Both the position numbers and the translations under genes were made by a program. The notes under the pieces were generated by a model. That model worked only from the letters and a program-made list of their open reading frames with translations. It was not told the origin of the DNA and searched no databases. Shown here one piece after another: positions 1 through 10,119 of a stretch of 32,519 nucleotides of DNA (the first letter of the stretch is position 1; every line of letters begins with the position of its first letter). Where the stretch lies: positions 1 to 32,519 of the forward strand of contig CAXUUL010000103.1 in NCBI GenBank assembly GCA_964255285.1, written 5' to 3'. Source of the stretch: Ionaspis alba (Eukaryota).

Positions 1-89
1 TTAATTTTTCAACCGTTACTGGCACAATAGGTTTCGCCAATAATATTATCGGTAGTTGTATAGGTCGAATATATATCCTAACATATCTG

Positions 90-203
90 TGTAAGGCCGT
101 AGCTATAATAGGGACAATAGGGATAGTTACCCCTGTCAAGGGTAACTATAGTGGTCTTTTGGCCCAGTTGGCCCCGGGGGCCCTATTCCCCGTAGCGGTT
201 ACA
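90..203. mobile_element. Short solo-LTR/TRIM/MITE-like insertion (114 bp) with 5-bp target-site duplication
   Basis: Starts TGTAA (90-94) and ends TTACA (199-203), i.e. TG...CA with 5-bp inverted ends. ATCTG flanks both sides (85-89 and 204-208). Internal inverted repeats are ATAGTTACCC/GGGTAACTAT (123-132/140-149) and AATAGGG/CCCTATT. The flanks are AT- and TpA-rich. Confidence 0.75.
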
Positions 204-428
204 ATCTGATGATTATTTATTATCTAAAAATCAAAAGCATGCGTAACCTCCGAGTCATAAATCCCTATTCAATCCACCACAATATTAGTGCGAAAAAATC
301 CCGCGCTGATAAAATATAATCAGGTAATTTACCGTAACAACATTAACTGAATCAGACCAATCTAAATCTTATCCACGTCTGATGAACTCAATACACAAAT
401 CCTCTGCATATCAAAGTAAACCAACGCT

Positions 429-2207
429 ATGGGCAAAGGTACGGACCAGTCGACCGCAATAGAGACAACAGCTGACTCTCACAGGGACCGATAAATTGTA
501 TGTATGTACGTCGATCCTGTCTTCACAACTCTACTGACTCTATAGATCACACACTCGGAATGGGCCTCCGAGGATGCGTACTCGGCGAGCGCAGGCTCTG
601 GTATTAGACCAAAAGGCACCACTGCCGGCTCTTTCAAGCGACTTCCTTTCAATTTCTGCGCAGTATCCCTACAGCCATTCACACATCCGGTATGCACGGC
701 CGAAGGAACCACATTTGACCTAACCAATATACTACCATGGTTGGCAAAACATGGAACAAACCCTGTCACTGGCCAGCCTCTCAAGTCGAGCGACCTCATC
801 AAGCTCAATTACACAAAGAATGATGAAGGAGAACTGGTGGATCCTGTCACATACAAAGTCTTTACGGACAATACGCATATAGTGGCACTCAAGCCCACGG
901 GTAACGTCTTTGCGTATGACACCGTTGAGAGGCTTAACATCAAGGCGAAGATGTGGCGAGACCTGGTCAACGATGATGAGTTCACTAGGAAAGACATCAT
1001 CACGCTTCAAGATCCCCAGAACCTCGAATCGCGGGACCTCAGCACCTTCAAATATATTCAAGAAGGCGTGAGTACCTTGACCCCAGAACAAGAAGCAGCA
1101 CGGAACGATCCAAGTCGGAATGTCAATAAGGACGCATTGGGAAATGCTGCAAAGGTCCTCAAGGCTAAAGAAGCTGTTGCCCTAGCTCGCTCCAGACGCA
1201 CCTCCAATCCAAACCACAATATAGCGTCTCTTTCCACGAAAGCTACATTGCAATCCACTGGAACTCCAAGGCCCTCAAACATAAACGAGCCCGTCCCATA
1301 CAATGCTGCTCAGCATACTACTGGCAAAGCTGCAGCTTCTTTCACGTCTACCGGACTTACTCCACATACATCCGCCGAGCGAGCCCTGCTCACAGACGAG
1401 GAATACATGCTCAAACCACGTCGAGTAAAACAAAAGGGATACGCGAGGATCTCCACCTCCTTAGGGGAACTCAACGTTGAACTCCAGCCCGAATTCGCAC
1501 CACGGGCAGTCTGGAACTTCGTTCAACTCTCCAAAAAGGGCTACTATAATGGCATCGTTTTCCATAGGAACATTCGAAATTTCATGATCCAAGGCGGTGA
1601 TCCTACAGGCACTGGAAAAGGTGGTCAAAGCATATGGGGGAAGAACTTTCAAGATGAATTTGAAGGCCCGTCAACTCACGATGGAAGAGGAGTAGTAAGC
1701 ATGGCAAACAAGGGCAAGAATACCAATAGTTCTCAGTTCTTCATAACGTATCGTCCCGCAAAACATTTGGACAGGAAGCACACAATCTTTGGCAAGGTAG
1801 TTGGTGGTCTAGATACTCTAACTCGATTGGAGAATGCCGAAGTGACAGAGAATGAGAAGAGACCAGTTGAGGATATATTGATCAAGGAGATCTCTGTTTT
1901 TGTGGACCCATTCGAGGAATTCCAGAAGAAAAAGCATGAAATGGATCAAGTGGAGAAGCAAAAAGAAGAGGTAACACGGATGGGCGGTACTGAGGACGAC
2001 AAGACCACTTGGACAGGGAAAAGGATTAGAGGAGATGGCCAAGTCTTTGATGATGCTACTGAGCAGGGTGTTGGTAGATACCTGCAAGATAAATTGGTCG
2101 ATCGTGCTGGAGAGGACGAGATTGTGGGAGATTGGGAGGATGCTACAGATGAGCCAGTGAAGAAGAAGAACAAGTCTGGAGGTTTTGGAAACTTTGACAG
2201 CTGGTAG
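429..2207 (+). CDS. cyp8: Peptidyl-prolyl cis-trans isomerase-like 2 (U-box + cyclophilin, PPIL2/Cyp60/Cyp8 type), about 562 aa; exons 429-438, 485-501, 546-2207
   Basis: Splicing introns 439-484 and 502-545 (GT..CTGAC..AG) gives MGKGTDKLYITHSEW..PFNFCAVSLQPF (U-box). Cyclophilin motifs FHRNIRNFMIQGGDPTGTG, SMANKGKNTNSSQFFIT and HLDRKHTIFG are present. C-terminus is GGFGNFDSW. Confidence 0.93.
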
Positions 2208-2980
2208 TATGTGGATACCCCATGCCGTAAATGGGCATATTTTACATCCATGTGCAAGCTCGCCTTTATGTTCGCCTTACAATAGGCTTCTTTAATCTGC
2301 AGCATTCGTTGTCCACTCAATGCTTGATCATTTTCTCACGAAGCTCAATCGACTCGCCGATGCTGGGACAGGCGAGGTTTGAAGTAGATCCTCCTACATT
2401 CAAATCAGTGGTCATCCGCAGTCTATAATAACCACAGAATTAATTTGTAGGTGACACGGGAATCAGGACATGATTCAGGAAACTATGGCTAGACATCAAT
2501 TACGTTACAGGTTCTGGGGAGGCCGTGGTGAACAGGAGCACGAGAAAGACTATCAACTATCGAACGTGTTGCGGACGGCTACCATGATCTTGTGCTTATG
2601 CATGCGAAGACTATTGACCTCGTAGTTATGGTATTCGTGCCCCAATCTCACGAATAGGAGAATGTTTATCACATCCAAGTTCAGATTCGAGTTGGTGTCA
2701 GTGGACCAAAACGATTGACGCACACCTCCAGGGCCCGAAGGAAACGGTAACCAAACTTGGTGAAGGCTTAAGCCTAAGATCCCCATCGACACCTCAATCA
2801 ACACTAAGCAATGACCTCGTTTCGACCTGAAATCTGGGCAGTGTTGAAGATGTTCCAATCATGAATCCGTGACAATATAAGATACGTAGATCCGGCGCCG
2901 AAGCTCGGTACATTTGTTCCAGAACTCCGTCCTGGGTCCTATGCCCACCCAAAAAACCTCTCCACTACCACGAAATGCCG

Positions 2981-4682
2981 TCAAAGAACGCCTCCAGGCA
3001 ATTGTATAGAACTCTGATGACCTCTACTTCCACCCAACGACGCTCCTGTATCAAACCCCATACCTCCAATACCGCCACCCCCACTGGGACCAGAATGACC
3101 TTCTGTTGGTGCAGCATGTCGCCGAAGCATAAACATCGGTTTTCGACCCTCCTTATCCAATTGTTTAAACAGTATCAAAGGCTTCTCATCCAGACCCAAA
3201 CACCTCTCTTGATCTCCAAACACAATATACAGCGCATATTGTTTCCAGTCCGCATTGATGTTGTACTTCTTGAGGGCCGCAGGAAGAACTTTGTAACAAG
3301 GATCCTCCATGCTGACCCTAAAGGACTTGAAGATCTCCACTGAGGGTGCCTCTCTTCCTCCGGATTGTGGCGAATCATCTTGGTCCCGTGTATTTCCGCG
3401 GGTCCGTCCTGGCGTGGGGGTTGGATTAGTACGATCGTAACCACGCTCCCCATTCAAAGTCGACGCCGACGAGCTGTACGAAACGTGTGGAAGTTCTTCA
3501 CCGTACGAAGGTTGTGTCCGACCGGTACTTGGAGCACTTCCTTCCCTGCTACTGACGTCACGGGGATAACCCCGCGCAGCAACAGTAGGATGGTTGACAT
3601 ATGTATTGGGCGATGTCGGTGACGGCATATTGATCTGATTTGGAGAATAGGAAGGCAGCGACCCACCACCCATGGAGGCTGTCAGATGTGAGGAAGCCGC
3701 TACAGCAGCGGCAGAGGGATCGAGACTCGAATTATCGGACACTGTTCTGACTTCCGGTATAGTTTGTGGAAGATAGGTCGGAGAGTTGTTTTTCGGGGTA
3801 GAATTGAGCCAGAGGGCTTTGCCTTTTGACAATTTCCGGCTCAACCCACCCATCTTGTCCTGAGAAGGTTGCGCCGAGACCGGTGATGCCAACCCTTCGT
3901 GACTGTGAAAATCTGGACTATTGGCGGAAGGCTGATATGGCAGGGGCTGGAATCGCTCCTTGACTATTCGGAAAACTGGCAGGAGTTCCTCCCGAAGTTT
4001 CCTATAATCCTCCGTCACCTTTCTTAGCTCAGCTTCAGCTTGCAGTATACGTTCATCTCGCATCTTAATAGAATGAATGATCCGTGAGATATCTTCTTGA
4101 GTCGCCGTCTTGTCGTGGTTGCTAGCATCGGCAGCTTGGTAGAGGATTAGCCAAGTGGCACGACTGGGAGATATGGTAGTTATCTTACAAAGTGGGACGT
4201 AATGATCTGTATCCACTTGGATGTCTTGCTTCATCTTCACGTCGTATACGCTCTTCAAGATGGTCAAACGATGTCCCATACTCGTCACACCCATCTCCTT
4301 CAGTTCCTCATGCCGAAGTGCTACCAAGGCCTCACCAACGATTTCATTCTCTATGCACCCCAGATAAAGTCAGCACCGTGTTGAACTTATGCATGGTCCC
4401 CAGCAACCACATACCTAAGAATTTATCACAATACTGTGGTAGTCCCAGGCTTGTAATGTATTGTGCACATTCGTCCGTGGTCCATTCGCTGATAATCGTC
4501 CTCGGGGACGTCCTACCTTCTGCATTCTCGAAAGTCGTTGGGGTATGCTCAGTAGAAGGAAGGTCGGAGTTGGTGGGAGAAGTATCATCGTCGTCGTCGA
4601 CAGGAAGGTGGGGGGAGGTCATCTCGCTGCGTTCATATTCGTCGTCGGCATCGGAATCGGCATAAGCGTTTGGAAATGTCAT
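2981..4682 (-). CDS. STE50: MAPK adaptor Ste50 (N-terminal SAM domain, C-terminal Ras-association domain), about 527 aa; exons 4682-4415, 4350-4189, 4134-2981
   Basis: Removing intron 4414-4351 restores the SAM domain WTTDECAQYITSLGLPQYCDKFLENEIVGEALVALRHEELKEMGVTSMGHRLTILK. A second, in-frame intron 4188-4135 (GTAAGA..GCTAAT..AAG) is likely. RA domain: FKSFRVSMEDPCYKVLPAALKKYNINADWKQYALYIVFGDQERCL..KPMFMLR. Ends LPGGVL. Confidence 0.92.
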
Positions 4683-5682
4683 CTTCCAAAGATGGTCAAA
4701 TCATCGCCCGAGGTGGGAGCGATGACAATAGAGGAATTGCAACCAAGAGATAACTCGGCGGCTGCAGGCCGAGACCTGCCAGCACAGCGGTATCGATTCC
4801 AAGACTTTAAGAGGTTTGTCGTGAAATTGATGTCTCTTATTGCCTAATTTATCGCAGTTGTTTTTTCTAGACCTTGAGAGTCCAGCGACGGAGCACGAGA
4901 CGAGAGGGGAAGAGCTTGACGTTGTGGTGGGCCGTCACCAGACGAAGGAGCGGTTTGAAGAACAATAAAGATGGCAGGGCCGAGATAGTAAACTGTGCGT
5001 CAGACCAGATGATCGATTCTAATTAACGACAATAAAGGTGAGTAATTGAGTAGATAAGAATATCGAGTAACACGGTGACTGGAAGCCACAGTAGGGCGAG
5101 CCAGAATCAGTCTTCCGCCAACGGTCGAGTCGTTCTTGTTGGTTAGTGGTTGTTCCTCCTTCTCCGTCGGTGGTTGTCGTATCCTCGACTTCTGGCGCTA
5201 AATTTCGGCTCAAGGCCGCAAGCATTTTCTTGGCACATGCCCTTCTGAGGGACCTGCCTTCAAAAGCCCCCCTCCCAGGATCCCCTAATATCGTCCCTAA
5301 TATTATCCCTCTCCTCGTCCTAAGAGTCAGGCTGGCCTCCCAAATCCTTCCCTTGCCGCCCAGGGATCGTCAGGTCCAAATCGCCCCCAGATTCGTGCAA
5401 TCCCTACGTTGCGCAAAGTGGGCTGTGCGTCGATCAATGCAGTTCCTGCCCACGAAAGTGAGCCTTGCTCTTAATGCACGAGTTTTGTATCCTATACAGG
5501 ACTCTATGTGAGGTGAACATGTGGAAAGCTGATCGCATATCTCGATGCGGATTTGATAGAATTTTTCCGTCTCTAACTACAGTACCAGGTGTGACGAAGC
5601 TGCGGAGTATCCCTCTTTGATCTGTTACCCCAGGTACAGCCTCTCACAGACCAAGCCCCTGGCTTATGGTGGCAGGTAAGGA

Positions 5683-5982
5683 CTACCTCTCCAGAGATGC
5701 TTCCTTTCTCTCCAACTCCTTCTCTCTATCTTCTAATAGTCCTCGACGCTTCCCCTTCAACCGTTGTCTTCCAATCCGAAAAACATTAACAGCGATGCCA
5801 ACAACAGCGAAAAGTCTCAGCCAGACCAGCAACCTTATTAGCACGCTGGTGATGAATACTGTTGCGATCATCGCTGCCAAAAAAACCGCGTTGGAGTAAC
5901 CGCCGGAATTTCGAAGCACCGCTCGAGTGGGCGTCTGCAAACTGAAGATATTTGACGAGTCCATGTATGAAGAATATGTCAT
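5683..5982 (-). CDS. Possible small membrane protein (hydrophobic segment followed by charged coiled-coil-like tail); may be a gene fragment
   Basis: 99-aa ATG ORF with a long hydrophobic stretch AVFLAAMIATVFITSVLIRLLVWLRLFAVVGIAV, then KRRGLLEDREKELERKEASLER. No family recognised. Confidence 0.3.
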   Translation of the reverse strand: MTYSSYMDSSNIFSLQTPTRAVLRNSGGYSNAVFLAAMIATVFITSVLIRLLVWLRLFAVVGIAVNVFRIGRQRLKGKRRGLLEDREKELERKEASLER

Positions 5983-6362
5983 ACGCAGGACGACGAGGAC
6001 AGTGTATGGAAATGGGCGAAGTCGTGCTTTCGATCGACCACGTTTCTTTTAGTCCTTCTGATTCAGAAGTCATCGATATGTACATTACTTCCCAAATTGA
6101 ACCATGAGTCAGAAAAACCGATCAGTAGTGAAGTCCCAGAGTTCTCCAAAACCAACGCTTCCGAGCTTGCAGTTCCAGTGACTCCTTGTAACGCCTCACT
6201 GTGGTATGGTATCTTCTGTTGCAGAGCCCTCAGGATAATCCAAATATCACCCCTCCAAGAAGTATACAGAATCATCTAAAACAAGCACAGTAAATCTGCC
6301 ACCCCTCCGCGATCCAGTGGGGCAACCTCGAACATCATTCCAGCCGCTGGAATATGACAGTA

Positions 6363-7169
6363 TTAAATTCGTAAGACAGCCAGGAAAAGTACTAGCACGC
6401 TCGAGAAAGTGAGCCGTCCTCGCGGCACGAGTCGTAGACCGGAACTGATTTCGAAAGGGCTACCTCCACCACCGAAAGCTCCCGGACTTTGGCTCGTCGT
6501 TTGGTCGGCCTTGCTTGTGACGCCAGTAGCAGCGCCAGTGGAAGTGAAAGATGTGGCCGGAGATTTTGTGGTAGGGGAATTCAGCGACGAGCTCGGTGAA
6601 GATGTTGTTTTTGGATTGCTAACGACAGCAGCTGTGCTTGCAGATGTCTCGGTGGAGGAGGCGATCGTGCCCGTGGTCGAACTCATATCAGTCGCAGGAG
6701 AGGTAGAGTCCGCACTGGTGCTCATCGATTCGAGGGTAGTCACAGGAGTTGAGGTGCTGATCTGACCGCCCGAATCCGTCCCACTCGTGCTCCCACTTCC
6801 ACCGTCGACGGTTGAGGTTACCGAATAGGCAGAATTTGGACACAGCGTGACAGTCCCCTTGCCCTCCAAGAACAATTGAATCAGAGTGTTCGAGTCGGCT
6901 GAGGTACCGTGACAAGCTGCATTGATAAGAGCGGAGACGACTTGAAGACCGTTGATACAAGCGGGCGAGCACGGGCTATTGGGTGTGAAATCAGCTGCGG
7001 TGCAACCGGGTATGAAGGTCTCGTAAGCCTGGGTACAGGTGGCTGAAAACCCGGATATCGGTTGGAATTGTGGGAGGTTGATGACAGATGGTGATCTGGC
7101 GGAACAAAGAGATATACTAGGCAGGACCAGTAAACATCGTCCGAGGAGGCTTCTCTTGCGCAGGCGCAT
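6363..7169 (-). CDS. Secreted, probably GPI-anchored cell-surface protein (Cys-containing N-domain, Ser/Thr-rich stalk), 268 aa
   Basis: N-terminal signal-peptide-like MRLRKRSLLGRCLLVLPSISLCSA. Six Cys in the following ~85 aa, then a long S/T-rich linker. Small residues precede a hydrophobic C-terminus (SSGLRLVPRGRLTFSSVLVLFLAVLRI). Single exon. Confidence 0.82.
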   Translation of the reverse strand: MRLRKRSLLGRCLLVLPSISLCSARSPSVINLPQFQPISGFSATCTQAYETFIPGCTAADFTPNSPCSPACINGLQVVSALINAACHGTSADSNTLIQLFLEGKGTVTLCPNSAYSVTSTVDGGSGSTSGTDSGGQISTSTPVTTLESMSTSADSTSPATDMSSTTGTIASSTETSASTAAVVSNPKTTSSPSSSLNSPTTKSPATSFTSTGAATGVTSKADQTTSQSPGAFGGGGSPFEISSGLRLVPRGRLTFSSVLVLFLAVLRI

Positions 7170-8752
7170 GGCTTTTAGAATGCTGGCTGCGCAAGTTCAG
7201 AGGGTTCGTGTTGACAATGCTGAGTTTCGGCGGTCGCTACTCTTAATGAGCTGAGATTGAACGGAGAATTGCTGAGAGGTAATCCGACCATGCACAAGTT
7301 GGATCGAGGTCGCACAGTCCTGAAAGATACTAGAGTTATGCGGTGTTTTGTCAGCCGGCTGGATGTAACAACAGCCGTCGCAGGAGCTTTACGGATAGCC
7401 TGTTTTTCCCAATGAGCGCCTATAGGATCTTGGTACACTGTATATGATCAGTGCCGATTGTTCGTGTATGAATCCGATGAGATGGAAGAACAGTGGTGTT
7501 GATATGGGTGGGGGGGGATGAGTTGGAAGCGTCTCAAGCCCAAGCCGACGAGGACGCTGCCCTTCTGCCGAGCAAGCTAAGGATCGTAGGATTTGATCGT
7601 CGGCTTCGAAACACAACACCGTAACGGATCAATGTTTCCGGATTACGACAATGTAGTGTTCTGCCAGTGCGGAAAGTGCTCATAAGGCCAAAGATTGGGG
7701 TGAAAGACTATGCGCAGACTGCTTCGAGTCTACGAGTCGCGTTAGAAGTGGCGAATGGATTCCTCCTGTAAGCTTTCCTACAAGTACATCTTCATAACCG
7801 AAGCGCCCTGTTTAGCACCTTGCGAGGGAATACGTCGAGTATTATCTCACGTACTGTACAAGTATCTAGCTTGGAAATGTATGCTAAGTAGGACTACGTT
7901 TCGGCGTACATACTGTAAGCAGTGCAGTGCTGCATCGTCCATGATGCGGCACCGGGGGATTATTTGCTGCTACTGGAATGGCCGTAGTCAAAGCAAGACG
8001 GGAGATGAAACAATTCGAAACTGCGAGCTTTCTGGGTGACTGCATTGCTGCTTCTCGTTCTCATTGGAGCGATGTTGCTTCGGCGCTGCAGCTCCTAACA
8101 GCCTGGCGGCTATGCTATTTCTCGGTGCTCTCGGTTGGAATGTTATCATTCACGAAGTGCAGTGGATAGACAATTGACTGATACCAAGAGGAAGACCCTA
8201 TCTACTCTACATCCCAAAACTCTGCGAGGCGGTGCTGACTCCTTGATTGGACTATGTAGGATCCCTTCGGATATGGCCACCATGCGTAAGCACGGTAAGG
8301 TATACCCTCGAATACAGGCAGTGTTCTACACAAAATATATCCGGGGAAGAACGATGTCGAAGGCGTCGGAATCGGACTCGCTGCTAGTCTAACCCATCAC
8401 CACCCTGACCAAGTCAGAAAGACGCTGCTGTCCAGGCCATATAGGCCAAGCCCGACGAGCGAAGTAATAATAATGCAGCCTCGTAATGATTGTGGACGTG
8501 CCGAGTTCAATGCCAGCTGAAGCCCTCGCGAGCATTGCGCCCCCAAAAGCTAAACCCTTTGCAGGTCCCCGGGGATCGCCATCAGCCCTCTGGCAGCGTA
8601 ATACTGAATCGCTTGAGTGGCGGGGTCATAAGCTGGTCCTCGACTCACTTCTTCCTCATCGAGTTCACTGTAATCATTCTACTCACAAAACTACCCTTCA
8701 TCACTCTCTGTTTTTACGACTCATCCTTACCTCACCCTCTTCCTGCTTCGAA

Positions 8753-9511
8753 ATGTCGGATCCTTACAACCAGTATCCCCCGAATTATTCCTCGCCAGCG
8801 CCGGGAGCTCAAGGCTATCCCGCACCTGGTCAACAGTATGATCAGCACCAGGGTTATCAACAACACAGTGAAGGCTACGGTCAGCCGGGTTACGACCAGC
8901 ATAATTATCCCCAGCAGCAGCCTCATTATGGAGATGCCCCGGCCGGATTTGGGCCACCTCAACGAGTAGACAGCTATGGCCCTCCGCAGGCAGGAGGCTT
9001 TCAACACGGTCAGGAGGGCAATCAATATGGTGCCTATGACGCCAGCAATCCACAAGGACATGCCGGCTATTAGTAAGTGTGGCCTCTAAGACCATCGTCA
9101 AAGCGATCGCTCACTGGGTTCCACAGTGGACAGCCTGGTCAAGATACTCGTGGATACGATCCCTCGAACCAGTATCCACCACAGGGAGGTCACAACCAGC
9201 AGATGCAGCCATACCACGATCCAAACAATCCGCAGCAACAGTCCTACCCAGGCCAGAATCCCAATGCGCCACCGCACGACCCCAACGCGCCGTTCGATCC
9301 AAATGCCCCGGAAGGCGAGCGGGGACTGGGGACGGCTCTAGCTGGGGGAGCTGCCGGATATTTCATGGGTCACAAAGCTGGCCATGGCTTCCTAGGAGCG
9401 GTGGGAGGTGCCATCGCTGGCAATTTTCTGGGTGACAAATTCAAAGATCACAAGCACAATAAACATAGTGGCTCTCATGGCGGCGGAAGCAGCTGGGGGG
9501 GAAAATGGTAG
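8753..9511 (+). CDS. Gln/Pro/Gly/Tyr-rich low-complexity protein with C-terminal glycine-zipper segment, about 234 aa; exons 8753-9072, 9127-9511
   Basis: Starts [10 protein letters not shown] at ATG 8753. Intron 9073-9126 (GTAAGT..GCTCAC..CAG) joins the two ORFs in frame (TA|T GGA CAG). Contains [39 protein letters not shown] (glycine zipper) and a His/Gly-rich tail. Confidence 0.85.
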
Positions 9512-10119
9512 CTCACGGGGTGCTCTCGAAAAGCTCCCAGGATGTGTCTCTCTTTCTACTCGTAGCAGGTTTGTTTTTCGCTGGATATTGAGCCTTCACG
9601 GATGACAATGAGGCTCAAGGGACTGACCAAGAGGCTACTTTCTACGATCTTATTCTCTATAATGACTTTGCTTTGTAATGCCGCTGCTGCGATCATGCAG
9701 ACTCTCTCGTGATGATGGAAACCTTGACTTGGCAACGAGTCAATGCCTCTCACGGCTATTTAACGTTCTCTTTTTCAGTGGTACGATAGGCCTGACAATG
9801 AAGTGGTTCGACCACGAAAGAGATATACTCCTTTTCAATGAAAATGGCGGCGCCATGATTAGCCACAATCGAACAATAAGCCTCCGTCGCGGCTTCTAAC
9901 TCCTTGGTTCGAAATGTAGTCTTTATACCTAATGCTATTATTCGTACCATGGTTGATACAATACCGAGACGAAACGTCGCCTTGCCGTGTCCTTTATGAG
10001 CTCTGGAGCTATTTCGCTAGACCCCTAACCCATTCCGGTTTCTCTTTCGCACACGTCGTTTCTGACCGATCCAAGGAACAGCCAACGTTTTCCAACGTCA
10101 AGCCAAATACCTCCAATCT

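Noticed and set aside
150..205. GC-rich stretch resembling a tRNA start (GGTCTTTTGGCCCAGTTGG)
   Set aside because: No T-loop GTTCRA or cloverleaf. It is explained as part of the TSD-flanked element.
8486..8752. In-frame ATG extension upstream of the glycine-zipper gene
   Set aside because: The region is CT-rich like a promoter/5' UTR, and protein composition changes abruptly at ATG 8753. The extension is probably not translated.
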